DNA from: Gnetum montanum
Taxonomy: Eukaryota; Plantae; Gnetophyta
Direction: 5' to 3'
DNA length: 64,000 nt
Assembly: GCA_015680685.1 (NCBI GenBank)
Contig: MNCI01001142.1
Span: 403,180 to 467,179, forward strand
The notes beneath the pieces were generated by a model. It saw only the letters and a list, made by a program, of their open reading frames with translations. It was not told the DNA's origin and searched no databases. Within the stretch, counting starts at the first letter, position 1; the number at the start of each line of letters is the position of its first letter. A program made the position numbers and the translations under genes. This document shows, piece by piece, positions 26,300 through 40,193 of the stretch.

Positions 26300-28240
26300 A
26301 TAGGAAAAGAAATACTTGCACTATTATTTATGTATAAAATCTGTGTACATATAATGGTTTTAAATGATTTTCTTTTCAAAGATTCATGAATTGTATATAG
26401 ATATAATTTAGATGTGAGATTAAGAAAGTAATTTAATTAAAATAGATAATATACAATAAATGAAATGGAACTTGGATGAGGTTTTAGATGTCTCTATCTT
26501 ATTAGAGATCATGATTTAAAACTCTATGATAAATGAAATTAGACTTAGGTGTAGGACATGGTGTCTGCATCTTATTAGAGATCATGATTTCAACGGTAAA
26601 AAAAAAAGAAATACATGATAAATGATTCCAAAGAAAATGTAATAAACAATGAATGAAATGATAGCTTGATTTGGTTGTGCTTCATTACTACATCTACAGA
26701 GTTAGGGTTGACTTCAATGATGACTAAGTAACATCAAGTACTAGACTTGAAGCTTTAGTAATTAGTGTGGCTCAATCAACATTGAAATTTGCTACAAATC
26801 ATTATATGTGATTAGATGGTTCTCAACTAAATAAGTTCTAATTTGATTTATAGATACAAAAAATTCATTCATTTATGTTCTTTACATTGTCATCACCCTT
26901 TCAATATGGAATTATGCATATGTTATAAAGTTATTTCTATTTGAGTTACATCTATTGACACATAGTCATAGTTACATAGTGGGTTGGTATCATGTCTTGA
27001 GTGTTCTTGTATTATAAATGCTTATTTTCTCTTATGCATGCAATGTGAAATTTCTTTTCTATAATTAAAAAAATACTTGTACTATTATTTATGTATAAAA
27101 GTTATGTATATATAATAATTTTAACTATTTCTCATTATTAAAGATTCATGAATCGTATATAGATATAATTTAAATGTAAGTTTCAAAAAATAATTCAATT
27201 AAAATACATGATAAATGAATACAAAGAAAATATAATTCAAAATAAATGAAATGAGAGATTGTTTTGGTTGTGCTACATCACTATGTCTATAGAATTGGTG
27301 TTGGTTTTGATGGTGATTGAGTAACTTTGATTACTAGAGCTGAAGCACTAGTAATGAGCATGGCTCACTTGCCATCAAAATCTAGTACAAATCATGAATT
27401 GTAATTAGATGATTCTTAACAGAACAAGTTGTCACTTGATTTATCAGTGTACAAGTTTCATTAATTTATAATATTCATATTTTCATCACATTTTTAATAT
27501 GGAATTACATGTACATTATGAAATTTTTTCTATCATGATCACTTCTATTCACACATAGTTATAGACACATAGTGGGTTGGGATTATATCTTTGGTATTCT
27601 TGTATTGTACATGCTTATATTCTCTTATGCATGCAATGTGTGATTTGGTCTCTATGATTAGAAAAATACTTAAACTATTATTTATATATAAAATTTGTAT
27701 ACATATAATGCTTTTGAATGATTGTTTTTCCATCATTGTTAAATATTCATGAATCCTATATAAATATAATTTAAATGTAAGTTTCATAAAATAATTCAAT
27801 TAAAATACAAGATAAATCAATCCATGAAAAATTTAATTTAAAATAAATGAAAGGAGCACTTGATTTATTTGAGCTCCATCACTACCTCTATAGAATTTGG
27901 ATTGATCTCAACGCTGATTAAGTGCCCCCAATTACTAGAGCTCGAGCACTAATAATTAGCATGGCTCAATCACCATTAGAATTAGCTAAAAATCATGATT
28001 CATATTTAGATGGTTCTTAACCAAACAAGATTGTATTCAATTTATTAATTTATAAAAGTAAGTCATTTATATTCTTTATGTTTTCGTAATCTTTTCAATG
28101 TGGAATTATATGTACGTTATGAAATTATTTCTATCTGAGTCACTTCTATTAACACATAGTCATAGATACATAGTGGATTTGGATTATGTCTTGGGTATTC
28201 TTTTATTTTAAATTTTCATATACTCTTATGCATGCAAGAG
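26300..28240. repeat. Diverged tandem array, 3 units of ~570-760 bp
   Basis: Units start AAATACTT..ACTATTATTTAT at ~26310, 27071, 27663 and end TCTTATGCATGCAA. Confidence 0.85.
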
Positions 28241-29370
28241 AAACTTTAATGAATCTAGGGCTTCATGTTAGCTATTAAGCATATCTTGGTGGTACCTAGT
28301 CATAGACAAGATCATACTGGGAATAGGTTACTTGGTATCCCAATGTAGTAGCATCCATTAGATATGTACTTCATGTTATTTAGAAATATGATGTTGATCA
28401 CATGATGCCTTGATTTGTTCAAGGATGTGATAATTTATCATCTACCTTAGATTATAAAAGATCATACCCTCTTATGTTTGTTGATGTTCTTCAATTTTAA
28501 ATGTTCATATGCTCTTATGAACGTAAGAGTAGTTTTGAAAACTCTAGGGCTTCATGTTGGCTATTAAATATTCTTTGGTGATACCTAGTCATAGGAAAGA
28601 TTATATTGTTAAGAGGATAATTGGTATTTCAACCAACTAGCAGGATAGAGTAGTTTTGGAGAATCTAATATTTTATGTTAGCTATTAAAGATATCTTGGA
28701 TGTACCTTGTCATAGACAAGATCATATAGGATTTAGGTTACTTGGCATCCCAACCTAGTAGCATGAATTACATATGTACCTAATGTTATCCAAACACATG
28801 AGCATTGACCACACAAAGCATTAGGTTTTCCCAAGAATAGGATTATTTGGCATGGACCTTGTATTGTAAAATCTTATATGCTCTTATGCATGTAAGAGTA
28901 GTTTTGAAGAATCTAGGGTTTTATGTTGGATATTAAACATGTCTTGGGTGTACCTATTCATAGAAAAAATCATATTGGAAGGAGGCTTCTTGGTATTCCA
29001 ACCAACTAGCATGCATTACATATGTACTTCATATTGTCTAGACATAGGAGGATTGACGACATGATGCTTTGGATTATCCCAAGGATGAGATGATTTGGCA
29101 TATGTCTTGTATTATAAAATCTTGTAGCTTCTATATTTTTTTTGTGTTCCTATATTTTAAAAGATCATGTACTCTTATGCATGCAAGAGTAGTTTTGAAG
29201 AATCTAGAATTTCATGTTGTCTATTAACATATCTTGAGTGTACCTATTTATAGACAAGATTATACTAGGAAGAAGTTATTTGGAATCCCAACCCACTAGG
29301 ATGTCTTACATGTGTTCTTACTATTGTCCTGATACATGGTAGTTGACCACATGATACCTTGGGTTCTCCT
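28224..29370. repeat. Diverged tandem array, ~4 units of ~290 bp
   Basis: CTCTTATGCATG(C/T)AAGAGTAGTTTTGAAGAATCTAG recurs at ~28224, 28512, 28881, 29172, with a partial copy at ~28648. Confidence 0.85.
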
Positions 29371-29889
29371 TTTTTTATTCATTGAATACACATTGGCTTT
29401 TCTCATTCTTATTTCCTTCATCTAGAACACATGAGTTCATATTTTCATTTCTTCTTCATAAAGCATGGATATGATTTTCTCCATCATAGTTTCATCATTG
29501 AGTATATTTCAATTTATTTTAACTTTTCTCTATCATTAAGTACAATTTCAATTTCTCCTATTTTCCTTGTACCCTACCGAGCTCACCCTATGCCTTTCTT
29601 ACTATCATTTCAGTGCTATCCTCATCACTATTCATTACATGTTCTGAATGTTGTCATGATCTATGACCTATTGTTATCACTATGGTTTGTGTCCTACTCT
29701 CACCATCATTGTGTTCTCTAGCATGTTTCCTTCCTTCTTTGAGTATAACCTTAGTCTAATGCATGCTATGATCAAGACCCTAGTTCCCTAACCCTACATG
29801 CTCCTCCCAACTTGCTATTCTTCCATCATCTCTCTCACTTTTCATACATATCACCATTGTGCATGGATAGCCACTAATCTCTTTGTGTT

Positions 29890-30020
29890 CATCATGCTCA
29901 ACTATTCATTATGCTTGCTATGTTTACTATACTATCTATGATTGACATGTTCACTATGCTCACCATGTTCATTGTGCTCACAATGTTTGCTATGCTCACC
30001 ATGTTTGCTATTCTTGTCAT
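29890..30020. repeat. Degenerate 9-bp minisatellite (ATGTT/CTC/TACC-like)
   Basis: ...ATGTTCACT ATGCTCACC ATGTTCATT GTGCTCACA ATGTTTGCT ATGCTCACC ATGTTTGCT... Confidence 0.75.
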
Positions 30021-30309
30021 GTTTTTTTTTATTACCACTATTCATATTCTTTCTGATGAGCCTACACTACTTTTACCATGTATTTCTAAAACTAATTACT
30101 GTAATCAAGTGTAAAGTGTTTGATGAACCATTTATTGAAACCATGTTATTATTATTATTATTATTATTATTTCACATAGTATTTCATGAAATAGATCCAG
30201 CCATTGTTTGTATTTTTTTGGAAAACATTTTGAAAAATGTTATAATTAACATCATACAATGATATTACTATAGAAAATATGTTTCATATACTATCATTAA
30301 GTAATGCTT

Positions 30310-33104
30310 AGCATTTTAGTTAGTATGCACAGTGTTGTAGGAACCATGATCATATGACAACTACACTATGATACCTCTAGAAAACCATAAAAAATAACAT
30401 TAAAATATTGAAAAGCTCTATTGGGATCATCATCATAGGACATCCATGCTATGATTATTCGAAAAAAATACCCCAACTATCTTGAAAGAGAGGATATTAT
30501 GAGAGAGGATGTGTCATGTCCATCTATGCTATGATCCTTGAACAACCACATTAAAATTTTAGCTAGAACAATGCATAGCATTGTAGGAATAACAATAATA
30601 CGATGACCACACTATGATATCTCTAGTAAGTGCTTCAGAATATAGATAGCTCTTTGAAAATATCTATAGGAATCATTATCATGTCATGTCCTTACTATGA
30701 TCATTGAAACAAAAAATCCTAACTATCTTGAAAAGTGATTCTTATGAGAAGAGTATGCATCATATGATGTTTGTACTATGATATTTGAACAACCATATCA
30801 GAAATTTAGCTAGAGTAGTACATAGTGTTGTAGGAATCACCATGATATGATGATCATGCTATGATACCTTCAAGAAGCCCTAAAAAATATAGTTTGAACT
30901 TTAAAAAGCTTACTGGGAACCATCATCATATGACATCTACACTATGATCTTTAAAATTAAAATCTAACTATCTTGTATAAGTAGTTCTTATGAGAAGAGG
31001 ATGCATCATACAACATGCATGGTATGATTCTTGAACAACCATTTTAACAATTTATCTAGATTAATGCAAAGCATTGTACAAGCCATCATCATATAAAAAC
31101 CACACTATGATACCTCTAAGAAGCCCTAAAAAATATAGCTAGAACTTTGGAAATATTTGTAGGAATCATCATCATAAGATGCTTACAACATGATCCTTGA
31201 AATAATTAACCTCAACTATCTAAAAAGTGTAATTCTTATGAGAGGAGAATGCATCATACAATACCTACACTATCATACAATAAAATTTTAGCTAGAACAA
31301 TGCATAGCATTGTAGGAATAACAATAATACGATGACCACACTATGATATCTCTAGCAAGTGCTTCAGAATATAGATAGCTCTTTGAAAATATCTATAGGA
31401 ATCATTATCATGTCATGTCCTTACTATGATCATTGAAACAAAAATTCCTAACTATCTTGAAAAAGTGATTCTTATGAGAAGAGTATGCATCATATGATGT
31501 TTGTACTATGATATTTGAACAACCATATCAGAAATTTAGCTAGAGTAGTACATAGTGTTGTAGGAATCACCATGATATGATGATCATGCTATGATACCTT
31601 CAATAAGCCCTAAAAAATATAGTTTGAACTTTAAAAAGCTTACTGGGAACCATCATCATATGACATCTACACTATGATCTTTAAAATTAAAATCTAACTA
31701 TCTTGTATAAGTAGTTCTTATGAGAAGAGGATGCATCATACAACATGCATGGTATGATTCTTGAACAACCATTTTAACAATTTATCTAGATTAATGCAAA
31801 GCATTGTACAAGCCATCATCATATAAAAACCACACTATGATACCTCTAAGAAGCCCTAAAAAATATAGCTAGAACTTTGGAAATATTTGTAGGAATCATC
31901 ATCATAAGATGCTTACAACATGATCCTTGAAATAATTAACCTCAACTATCTAAAAAGTGTAATTCTTATGAGAGGAGAATGCATCATACAATACCTACAC
32001 TATCATACAATAAAATTTTAGCTAGAACAATGCATAGCATTGTAGGAATAACAATAATACGATGACCACACTATGATATCTCTAGCAAGTGCTTCAGAAT
32101 ATAGATAGCTCTTTGAAAATATCTATAGGAATCATTATCATGTCATGTCCTTACTATGATCATTGAAACAAAAATTCCTAACTATCTTGAAAAAGTGATT
32201 CTTATGAGAAGAGTATGCATCATATGATGTTTGTACTATGATATTTGAACAACCATATCAGAAATTTAGCTAGAGTAGTACATAGTGTTGTAGGAATCAC
32301 CATGATATGATGATCATGCTATGATACCTTCAATAAGCCCTAAAAAATATAGTTTGAACTTTAAAAAGCTTACTGGGAACCATCATCATATGACATCTAC
32401 ACTATGATCTTTAAAATTAAAATCTAACTATCTTGTATAAGTAGTTCTTATGAGAAGAGGATGCATCATACAACATGCACGCTATGATTCTTGAACAACC
32501 ATTTTAACAATTTATCTAGATTAATGCAAAGCATTGTACAAACCATCATCATATAGAAACCACACTATGATACCTCTAAGAAGCCCTAAAAAACATAGCT
32601 AGAACTTTGGAAATATTTGTAGGAATCATCATCATAAGATGCTTACAACATGATCCTTGAAATAATTAACCTCAACTATCTAAAAAGAGTAATTCTTATG
32701 AGAGGAGAATGCATCATACAATACCTACACTATGATCCTTGAACAATCACATTAACATTTTAGCTAGAGTAGTGCATAGTGTTGTAGGAATCATCATCAT
32801 ATGATAACTGCACTATGATACCTCTACAATGTCCTTAAAAATAAAATAAAAAACATTAAAAAGCTTTATAGGTACCATCATCATACAACATTCAAACTAT
32901 GATCCTTGAAAAAAATAGCCTTGACTATTTGGAAAGAGTGATTCTTATAGGAAGAGGATCATCTTATGACATATGTGCTATGATCCTTTAACAACCACAT
33001 TAACATTTTATCTAGAGTAGTGCATAGCATTGTAGGAACCATTATCATAAAAATATTATGCTATGATACATCCTAGGGCTTTCAAAAATATAGCTTGAAC
33101 TTTG
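30310..33104. repeat. Satellite-like array, ~11 monomers of ~246 bp, including three near-identical 729/730-bp trimers
   Basis: Trimer starts at 30552, 31281, 32011; monomer marker TTTAGCTAGA..ATGCATAG..TTGTAGGAA. Confidence 0.95.
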
Positions 33105-36089
33105 ACATGGAACAGCTTTAATCATATAATTATGAGCTCAATTTTTCTCACACTACCACTAAAGATAAGGTAGTTTTGAGCAGTTTTTAGAGAATGTTTA
33201 GAAGATAAATTACTTTGAACTTAAATTTTTAGAAAAGTAAATCTTCTTTTTTGAATGAAGTATTTTTGCAAGGAATGAACTAGAGTTTAAGCTATCAAAG
33301 ATTCATTAAGATGAGTTCTCACTAATAAATTTTGGAAAAAGGTTTCAAGATAAAATAAGAGCTATGTAGATTAATTAATTAGACATTAGAAACAATGCTT
33401 ATATTAGTTAGACCACAAATGCATTTTTCATTAATTGAAAGCAATTTGAGCTCATCCAAAGTAGAATCCTTGAGCTTAAGGATCAATTTCATGGAAGCAA
33501 GCATTATAACAAATAGTTGAGTAATAATAGAAATCCTTATTTCAAAAAAAGAAAAGCTGAGTTAGAAAAAGGGATTTTTGCCATATCAAACTATTAAGCC
33601 AATGATTTATTTTGGTGATGAAAAAAACAAAGTATCTTTGCTAACTTAGCTCTATGAATTATAAGTGGCTCTACAAAGAGAAGCCTTAATCAGTTCTATC
33701 ACATAGGTGTGATGATAACTTAGTAAAGTTCAATTTGGGCATTACAGAATAACTCTACAAAGTTAGTGCAAAATGTAAAAGAAATTTGCTTATGAGGTGG
33801 AAAAATATGTTTACAAAATGATTTATAGGCATGTGAAGAAAGCTCATAAAATTGAAAAATAGCTTTATAAAAAGGTTCTACAAGCAATGTCCACAATTGC
33901 CACATCAACTTGTATAAGAAAAACTCATAGAATCAAAAGGTAGTCCTATGAGAAAACTTCAATGTCATTCTACAAGCCACATAAACTCTTGACATGTTAG
34001 CTTATGGAATTAATTCACAAGGTAAAAATTCATATCTATAAAAGAAGAACCCCTCATAGAGTTGAAATTTCATTCTAGAAAGAAGCTTAAAATTAGCTCT
34101 AGCCTATCAACTATGGGTAGATAATGTTATTCATATTTAGACCTACAAAAAAGTGTAAAATTGATATTAATATGTTAGCTTGTGTAGAAATCTTATAGAA
34201 TTGAAAAGAAACTCTATGAAATAGTTCTTTTGCATCATCATCTCTCACAATAGCTCCCTTGTAAAAGGATCTTGTAGAGCTTTAAAATGATTCTACTAAA
34301 AAGTTTTGAAGTAGTTCTATGAGCCATATCAACATCTAACACATTAGCTTGTAGAAGAAAAATTCATAGAACTAAATTTCTATTCTATAGGAAAATTTCA
34401 AATCCATCCTATAAGCCACATTAGAATTGAGAATCAACAAAAAATTCCATCTATATGGGAAATCATCAAGATAACATGAGATCTATTAAATACATGAGCT
34501 TAAGCCACTTAAGAAGGAAGTAAGTAAATTTTTTGTTCACATGCATGAGTTAAAGTGATGATGGGACTTGTGATAGCTCAAACATGAGCTAGTTAAAGTT
34601 GGCAAATAATGGAAGTGGATTTTTATTTAGATGTTAAAATCCCATCTAAATGCTTGCTTCATCTACCACCTAAAGATGTCCATGTCTACAAGTAGATGAA
34701 GAATTTTATTTCATCTAGATCAATGTTGTTTCATCTGCCACATTATCATTAACACGTTTTCACTACCATGCCTACAAGTAGATGAAGTTCTTTTTCATCT
34801 AGATTAATGTCACTTCATTTTTTGTGATAGCACTATTAATGTCATTTCAAATGGGCATTGCACGAATAAGTTCTAGTAGGCTCAATGATAGGTCAATCAT
34901 TAAAGTTAGATGCATTTTCATCTAGATGGTAAAACCCCATTTATATAGCTTCATCTCTCATGTAAGCTCTATAGATTTTTAGCTACACTATTTTTGCTTC
35001 TATAATATTAGCATTGACAAAAGGAAAACTCATAGAGCAAGAGGATGGTTCTATAGGAAAGCTTTGAAGTAGTTTTAAAAGCCATGATAGCTTGTAAAGA
35101 AGCTTTGTAGAACCAAAAAATAGCTCTATTGTGTCAAATTCACATCATGCTATCCCATCTAAGAAGTTTGTAGCACCAAAAATGGATTTACAAAGTAGTT
35201 CTACCATGTTACTCTTCATTCAACAGAAAAGTGGTTCCACAAAGTCACTCTACCACATAAGCTCTAGAGTTAGCTTATGTTCATAGAGGAAAAATGTTAT
35301 TCTATAAGGAAGCTTTTCAATTATTCTTCTACATCATCCTATAGATGGAATTCATACATCCAAATTTTTGTTCTACAAATAAACTCCACCACGTTAGTGT
35401 CCTAACACATTGGCTTGTAGAACTAATTCATGAAGTTACAATTTAGCTCTACAAAGTAGGTGTGAAAGGGCTCTACCATATTAGCTTGAGGAAAAGAGCA
35501 TCACTTGTAGAGTTAAAAGATAGCTCCACTAATAACTATGGAAATGGTTCTACCACATCAACATGTAGATTGAGTTTATGAGGTTGAAGTTCAACTCTCT
35601 AAACAAAGCTTACTTTTAGCTCCTCCATGTTAGTGTTTACAAAAGCAAATTTGTAGAACCAAAAATGATCTTACAACACAGTTCTACAAATAGCTAAGGG
35701 TGCATTGGAAGGTCTTCAATAATCAAAGCTGTAAAACCAAAACTTAGTTCTATGATGAGTTTACATTTCCATTCTAGAAGCCACATCAAAATCTACCACG
35801 TAAGCTCTTCAATAAACATATGCTTGTAGAACCAAAAACTAAATATATAAAGAAGCTCCATGACTACTGTTCCATGTTGGTACTAAGGAGCCTACAAAAT
35901 CTACTTAGAAAATCACTCCATAGTGTCAACTTCCTTGAAGAGGAGGTTAATAAAACCAAAAATTGGTTCTATGAATGATCTTCAAATTGGTTATGCAAGC
36001 CAAGTCAGACTGCAAATTAGGCCACAAAATTATACTATTTTAATACATTTTTTTATATTCTAAAGGACCTAATATAGGTGTGATTTAAA
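33105..36089 (+). mobile_element. 3' internal non-coding region of a B-family element, with decayed short repeats (GCTTGTAGAA..TTCTAC)
   Basis: 33107-34630 aligns with 50207-51830, which lies downstream of the B3 extra ORF. Confidence 0.75.
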
Positions 36090-37596
36090 TGTTAAAAGAG
36101 GCTCATTTGAGGAACCAAGAAAAAGGGTTTCATAAAGAAGCTCGTATTCATTCTTCCATGTCAACAAAACATAGTGCTATGAGCAAGATTTCAATTCATA
36201 AAGCTATTGATGAATAGATCCTAGAGTATCATAAAGCTATCATTAAATCTCGAAGTGGTAGTTCTAGAAAAAATAAGCCCAATTCAACAAATAAACAGAA
36301 AGGCACAGAAAATATTTGATTTAGAAAACCATTACCTTAGTTAAAATAGGATTATTTGAATATGATGACGATAGTTACTAGCATCATGAACAAAATATCC
36401 TGGAGGAAGCTTAGACTGAAATAAGTTCAAGCAAGCATGGAGCTACTTCAATAGAGATAAAAATTTTTCTAACTAAATTAGTTTTCGGAGAAATGAACAC
36501 CAAAGAGGTTCTTAAAGAAGCTTAATGACATTGAACTAGGTTTATGAATCAAGCGTTAAGTTTCTTCTCAATCATGGAAGGTTATCTCAACATCTATTAA
36601 TTGAAGTGCTTTAGATTTAGAGAATGAGGAAAATTCATCAGGAAACCGAATAACCACCTAATGGCCTATGATTATATGAAGAAAATGTACAAAATATGGA
36701 GCCTTAAACATTCATAATAATTGTAACTACATGAGGTTACTATATAAATCCGTAAGCATATTTATTTCAAAAAAAAGTGGAGGGATCAAGAGAAAACAAA
36801 AATTAGAAAAAAAAATATTGTAAAGACTATTTAGCATAGTGGAATTTTAGATAGGTTCTTCTATCTTTTTTAGCTTTGTCTTTTAACTTGTATTTGTAGT
36901 TTGTTAGCTTCTCCTTTTTTTTTAGCATAAAAGCTACATAGTTACAAATCAATGAATTGTTAGTTTTGAAATAGGCTCTTTTCTTTGTGAGCTAAGGTTT
37001 AGCTTATTTTTGCTTTTATAGTTGGATGAGATAGCTTTCATGAGTATTAGTCCTTAACTAGTCTAGCATAGAGTTATTGTCATCTTTATGCATTTATGAA
37101 CTTTATGAATAATTTTGTTTCATCATTTTCTTGCTTTTTTTGGAAAAATGTTTTCAATTTTACTTTGGGAAGTTATGTGCCAAATACTTGAGAATTTGAG
37201 ATTGACATTCTTTATAAAACTATCCATTTATTATATGTGCACTATGCAAGAAATGAAAGCTGGACTTATAGGAAATCTATTCAATTCTTTTAAATAATAC
37301 TAAAAGAAAGCTAAAAGAGATAGACATTGATTACATATAAGATAAAAATTCATAAGTTTAATCTTTCCATTTACCTAGATAAATATTTCTTGTTATATAT
37401 CTCAAGTTACATTAGCTTATTGACACTAGTAGAGGCTATTTAGGAGCATTTGTGCCATGGTGGAACCAAAGATTAGCAAACCACCTAAAATAAGTTTATC
37501 AAAAATTTTTTTTCCTACATAACTAGCACCAATAGTAGGGCTTGTTGAAAAAACAACAGCCTCACCAAAGCTAACGTTAAACTTCAAATAATAACA
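36090..37596 (+). repeat. B-family LTR serving as 5' LTR of B3 (start approximate)
   Basis: TG at 36090 after a decayed PPT-like stretch; TATATAAA ~36741; ends AACA 3 nt before the PBS; homologous to the B1 LTR. Confidence 0.6.
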
Positions 37597-37599
37597 ACT

Positions 37600-37616
37600 T
37601 GGTACTAGAAGGAGGG
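37600..37616 (+). promoter_or_regulatory. PBS of B3 (tRNA-Asn type)
   Basis: TGGTACTAGAAGGAGGG. Confidence 0.8.
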
Positions 37617-40193
37617 CCTCTTGTTATTCACAAAACTATTTATAATTTATTAGGTTATTCTAGATAAAAGTTAGTTATAAATAAATTAAGTTAGTTATAC
37701 TAGTTGAACAAGAAGATTTGATAAATCCAACAAATACATCTAAACTTGATACTAGAATCCTATCTGAAGAAGTTGAAATGGTAATTATGAAATCAAGTAT
37801 TGGAATTAAAACATGATGTACTAGAACATCACCACTACTTAAGGATCTATCTTTAAAAAGAAAAGTTAAATTACAAAAAGGATCACCCAGTAGAGCATAA
37901 AATTTGAAAATAATGAAAAATTTGCCTCCTATTAACGCATTCCAAATATCCACACCTTTGATGTTTAACACTTACCATGATATTCTTAAAGTATTATAGA
38001 AGTACTTATTAGAGCCATACATTCTTGATAAAGCTTATTTGGCAAAATAATATTTACAATTATTCAAACTATCCCTTGTTCATGCAAACATTTAGCATCA
38101 AGATCAAGCACATAAGTTGTTTATAGGTAATCTTAGGTACATGGCCCTGATTTGATACTCAAACTTACCTAATACTAGTTGTGATGATATGAAAACCTTG
38201 TTTATAGCCCATTTTGATAATCAAATCGCAAATATTAGTTATACAGTGGCCTAGTTCAAATGAAGTAGGGAAACAGGAATTAGTAAAAGAATTTAACATG
38301 AAGTTTTAGAGAGTTCATGCTTTATTTTGAAACCAATTTCACCCAAGTAATGAAGTTTTAAGAGATACCAATCTAAATGTTATAGATGCTAGAATCTTAA
38401 TTTGGCTACAAAGAACTTCAAATATTAATAATTTAGTAGACCTTTATAGTGAGGCTATTGATTTAGAAAGGAAATTAAATTTAATTCCTAAAAATACCCA
38501 TCTTTGTGTAAAAGAACCTCAAAAAGGAATATTTCTACTCAAAAGTTTAACTTAACCCAAGATGCTACATTTAGTCACTATCTTTATCGAATTTTGGAAT
38601 GAAAAATCTAATAAAGAAATTTTTTTGAAAGAAATATCAAAAAAAAATTTATCATGTTAGAAAAAGCTATGTCAAAAGTAAAACTTAAGTAAGATAGAAA
38701 ATTCAAAAGGTTAGATATTTAAGTAGAATTTGATAAAAATAAATCAAGTAAAGCTTTAGCTAATTCCAACCTAATAGAATTTAAAGAGGAGTTTAAAGAG
38801 TTTGCATATCTAGTAGTTTGTTACATAGAAAGATCATCTAGTAATGAGACATTTGAGAATTTAGAGCTAAGATGCTCTTCTAGAAATGAGTTCAATAATA
38901 ATGAGAAGCCTAGAAATGAGCTTAGGAGTACAAAAGAGAAACTTACCATATCTAGGCCACCAAAGACAATAACTAAGCCTACTACAAAATGTAAGGCTTT
39001 CAAGGAAAGGTAAAACCCAAAGAAGAGATCTCAATGTAATGAATAAGATCATCAAGATCTTGTCCTCATGATGTTTAGAAAGTTAGGATTTTATGTGAAG
39101 GAAAATATGACATAATAGAAGATTTAAAAAGGATTAAGGAAAATATTAGTATGTGTCAGCTACTTCAAATGGAAGGATGTTCTAAAAGAATTTTATAGGA
39201 AATTATGAACAAGAAGAAAGTGGTTGACACTAAACCAATTATATTCATGATGATAAATCCACCAATAAAACATAGGCTGTGGTTAATAGAGAATATTGTC
39301 CTTATTGATTCTCAAGCTGAAAGAAAGGTATCTACATAAAAATTTAGTCGATTTAGGAGCTACTTCAACATTAATGCCAATGATGACATGTAATTAATTG
39401 GTATTAAAACTTGAATAATCAAATAAGAAAATTGTTGAAGTTGAAAAAACCAAAGTTTGAATAGTAGGTCAATTACTAAACATGCTACTTCAACTAGCTT
39501 CAGATTTGAGGGTTAGGAGTAGGATCACTATTTAAGTAGATGATATCCTTGATTTCTATAGCTTATTATTGAGTAGAAATTAGAGCCAAAATTTTTCTGG
39601 ATAAATAGCTATGGATTATTCACATATGTGGTTGCCCTGGAAAGAAGAACCAAATTAGATTTATGTGTATAGTGTGTCATTAATGATAAATAATGTGACT
39701 TTAGATAGGAAAAAAATAAATATTTGAATCAAAATAAGTTAAATGAGGAGTCATCTCAATCTGATGGATACAAGTTATGCATTCTCATGATCGATCAAAA
39801 TAATTCTAATAGCTATATTTTGATGAATCTTGTAATTTTAAAGGATTTTGAATTGACATTATCTTAATTGACCAAGGAGGTCAAGTAGATCTATAAGCTA
39901 TATGATTAGAATTTCCTTATACTAATAAATAAGAGGTGACTCTCCCTTGTTTCTCCATCTAGATCTAGACATTAGCCAAACTCTTGCCATTTTTCCATTC
40001 TAGAGTTAGAATAGTTTCCTAGGGATCTAGACCCTAGGGATGCACTTCACCACCTAGGGATCACACAAGAGATAGTTGGTGGTCTAACACACATAACCCA
40101 GATCTACCAGTTCCTCAAGAGTATCAGGTAGTGTATACTCATCATGATGAGTATATACTCGATTTTACATTTACCCTCCATTAGGATGAACAA

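Noticed and set aside
29911-30262. ORFs with periodic Met or Cys (MFTMLTMF / CSLCSPCS) as repeat proteins
   Set aside because: By-products of a 9-bp minisatellite and a TTA microsatellite
30310-33104. CRISPR-like array
   Set aside because: No unique spacers, no cas genes, eukaryotic TE context; ordinary tandem repeat
21542-33109. ACATG at 21542-21546 and 33105-33109 as TSD of an 11.5-kb insertion in B2
   Set aside because: B2 similarity to B3 seems to continue to ~21790, the insert has no LTR/TIR termini, and the 33107 segment looks closer to B3 than B2 does
37524-37540. Second, tRNA-Lys-like PBS (TAGCACCAATAGTAGGG)
   Set aside because: Only 11/17 match, and the homologous position is inside the LTR in B1; the Asn PBS at 37600 explains the structure
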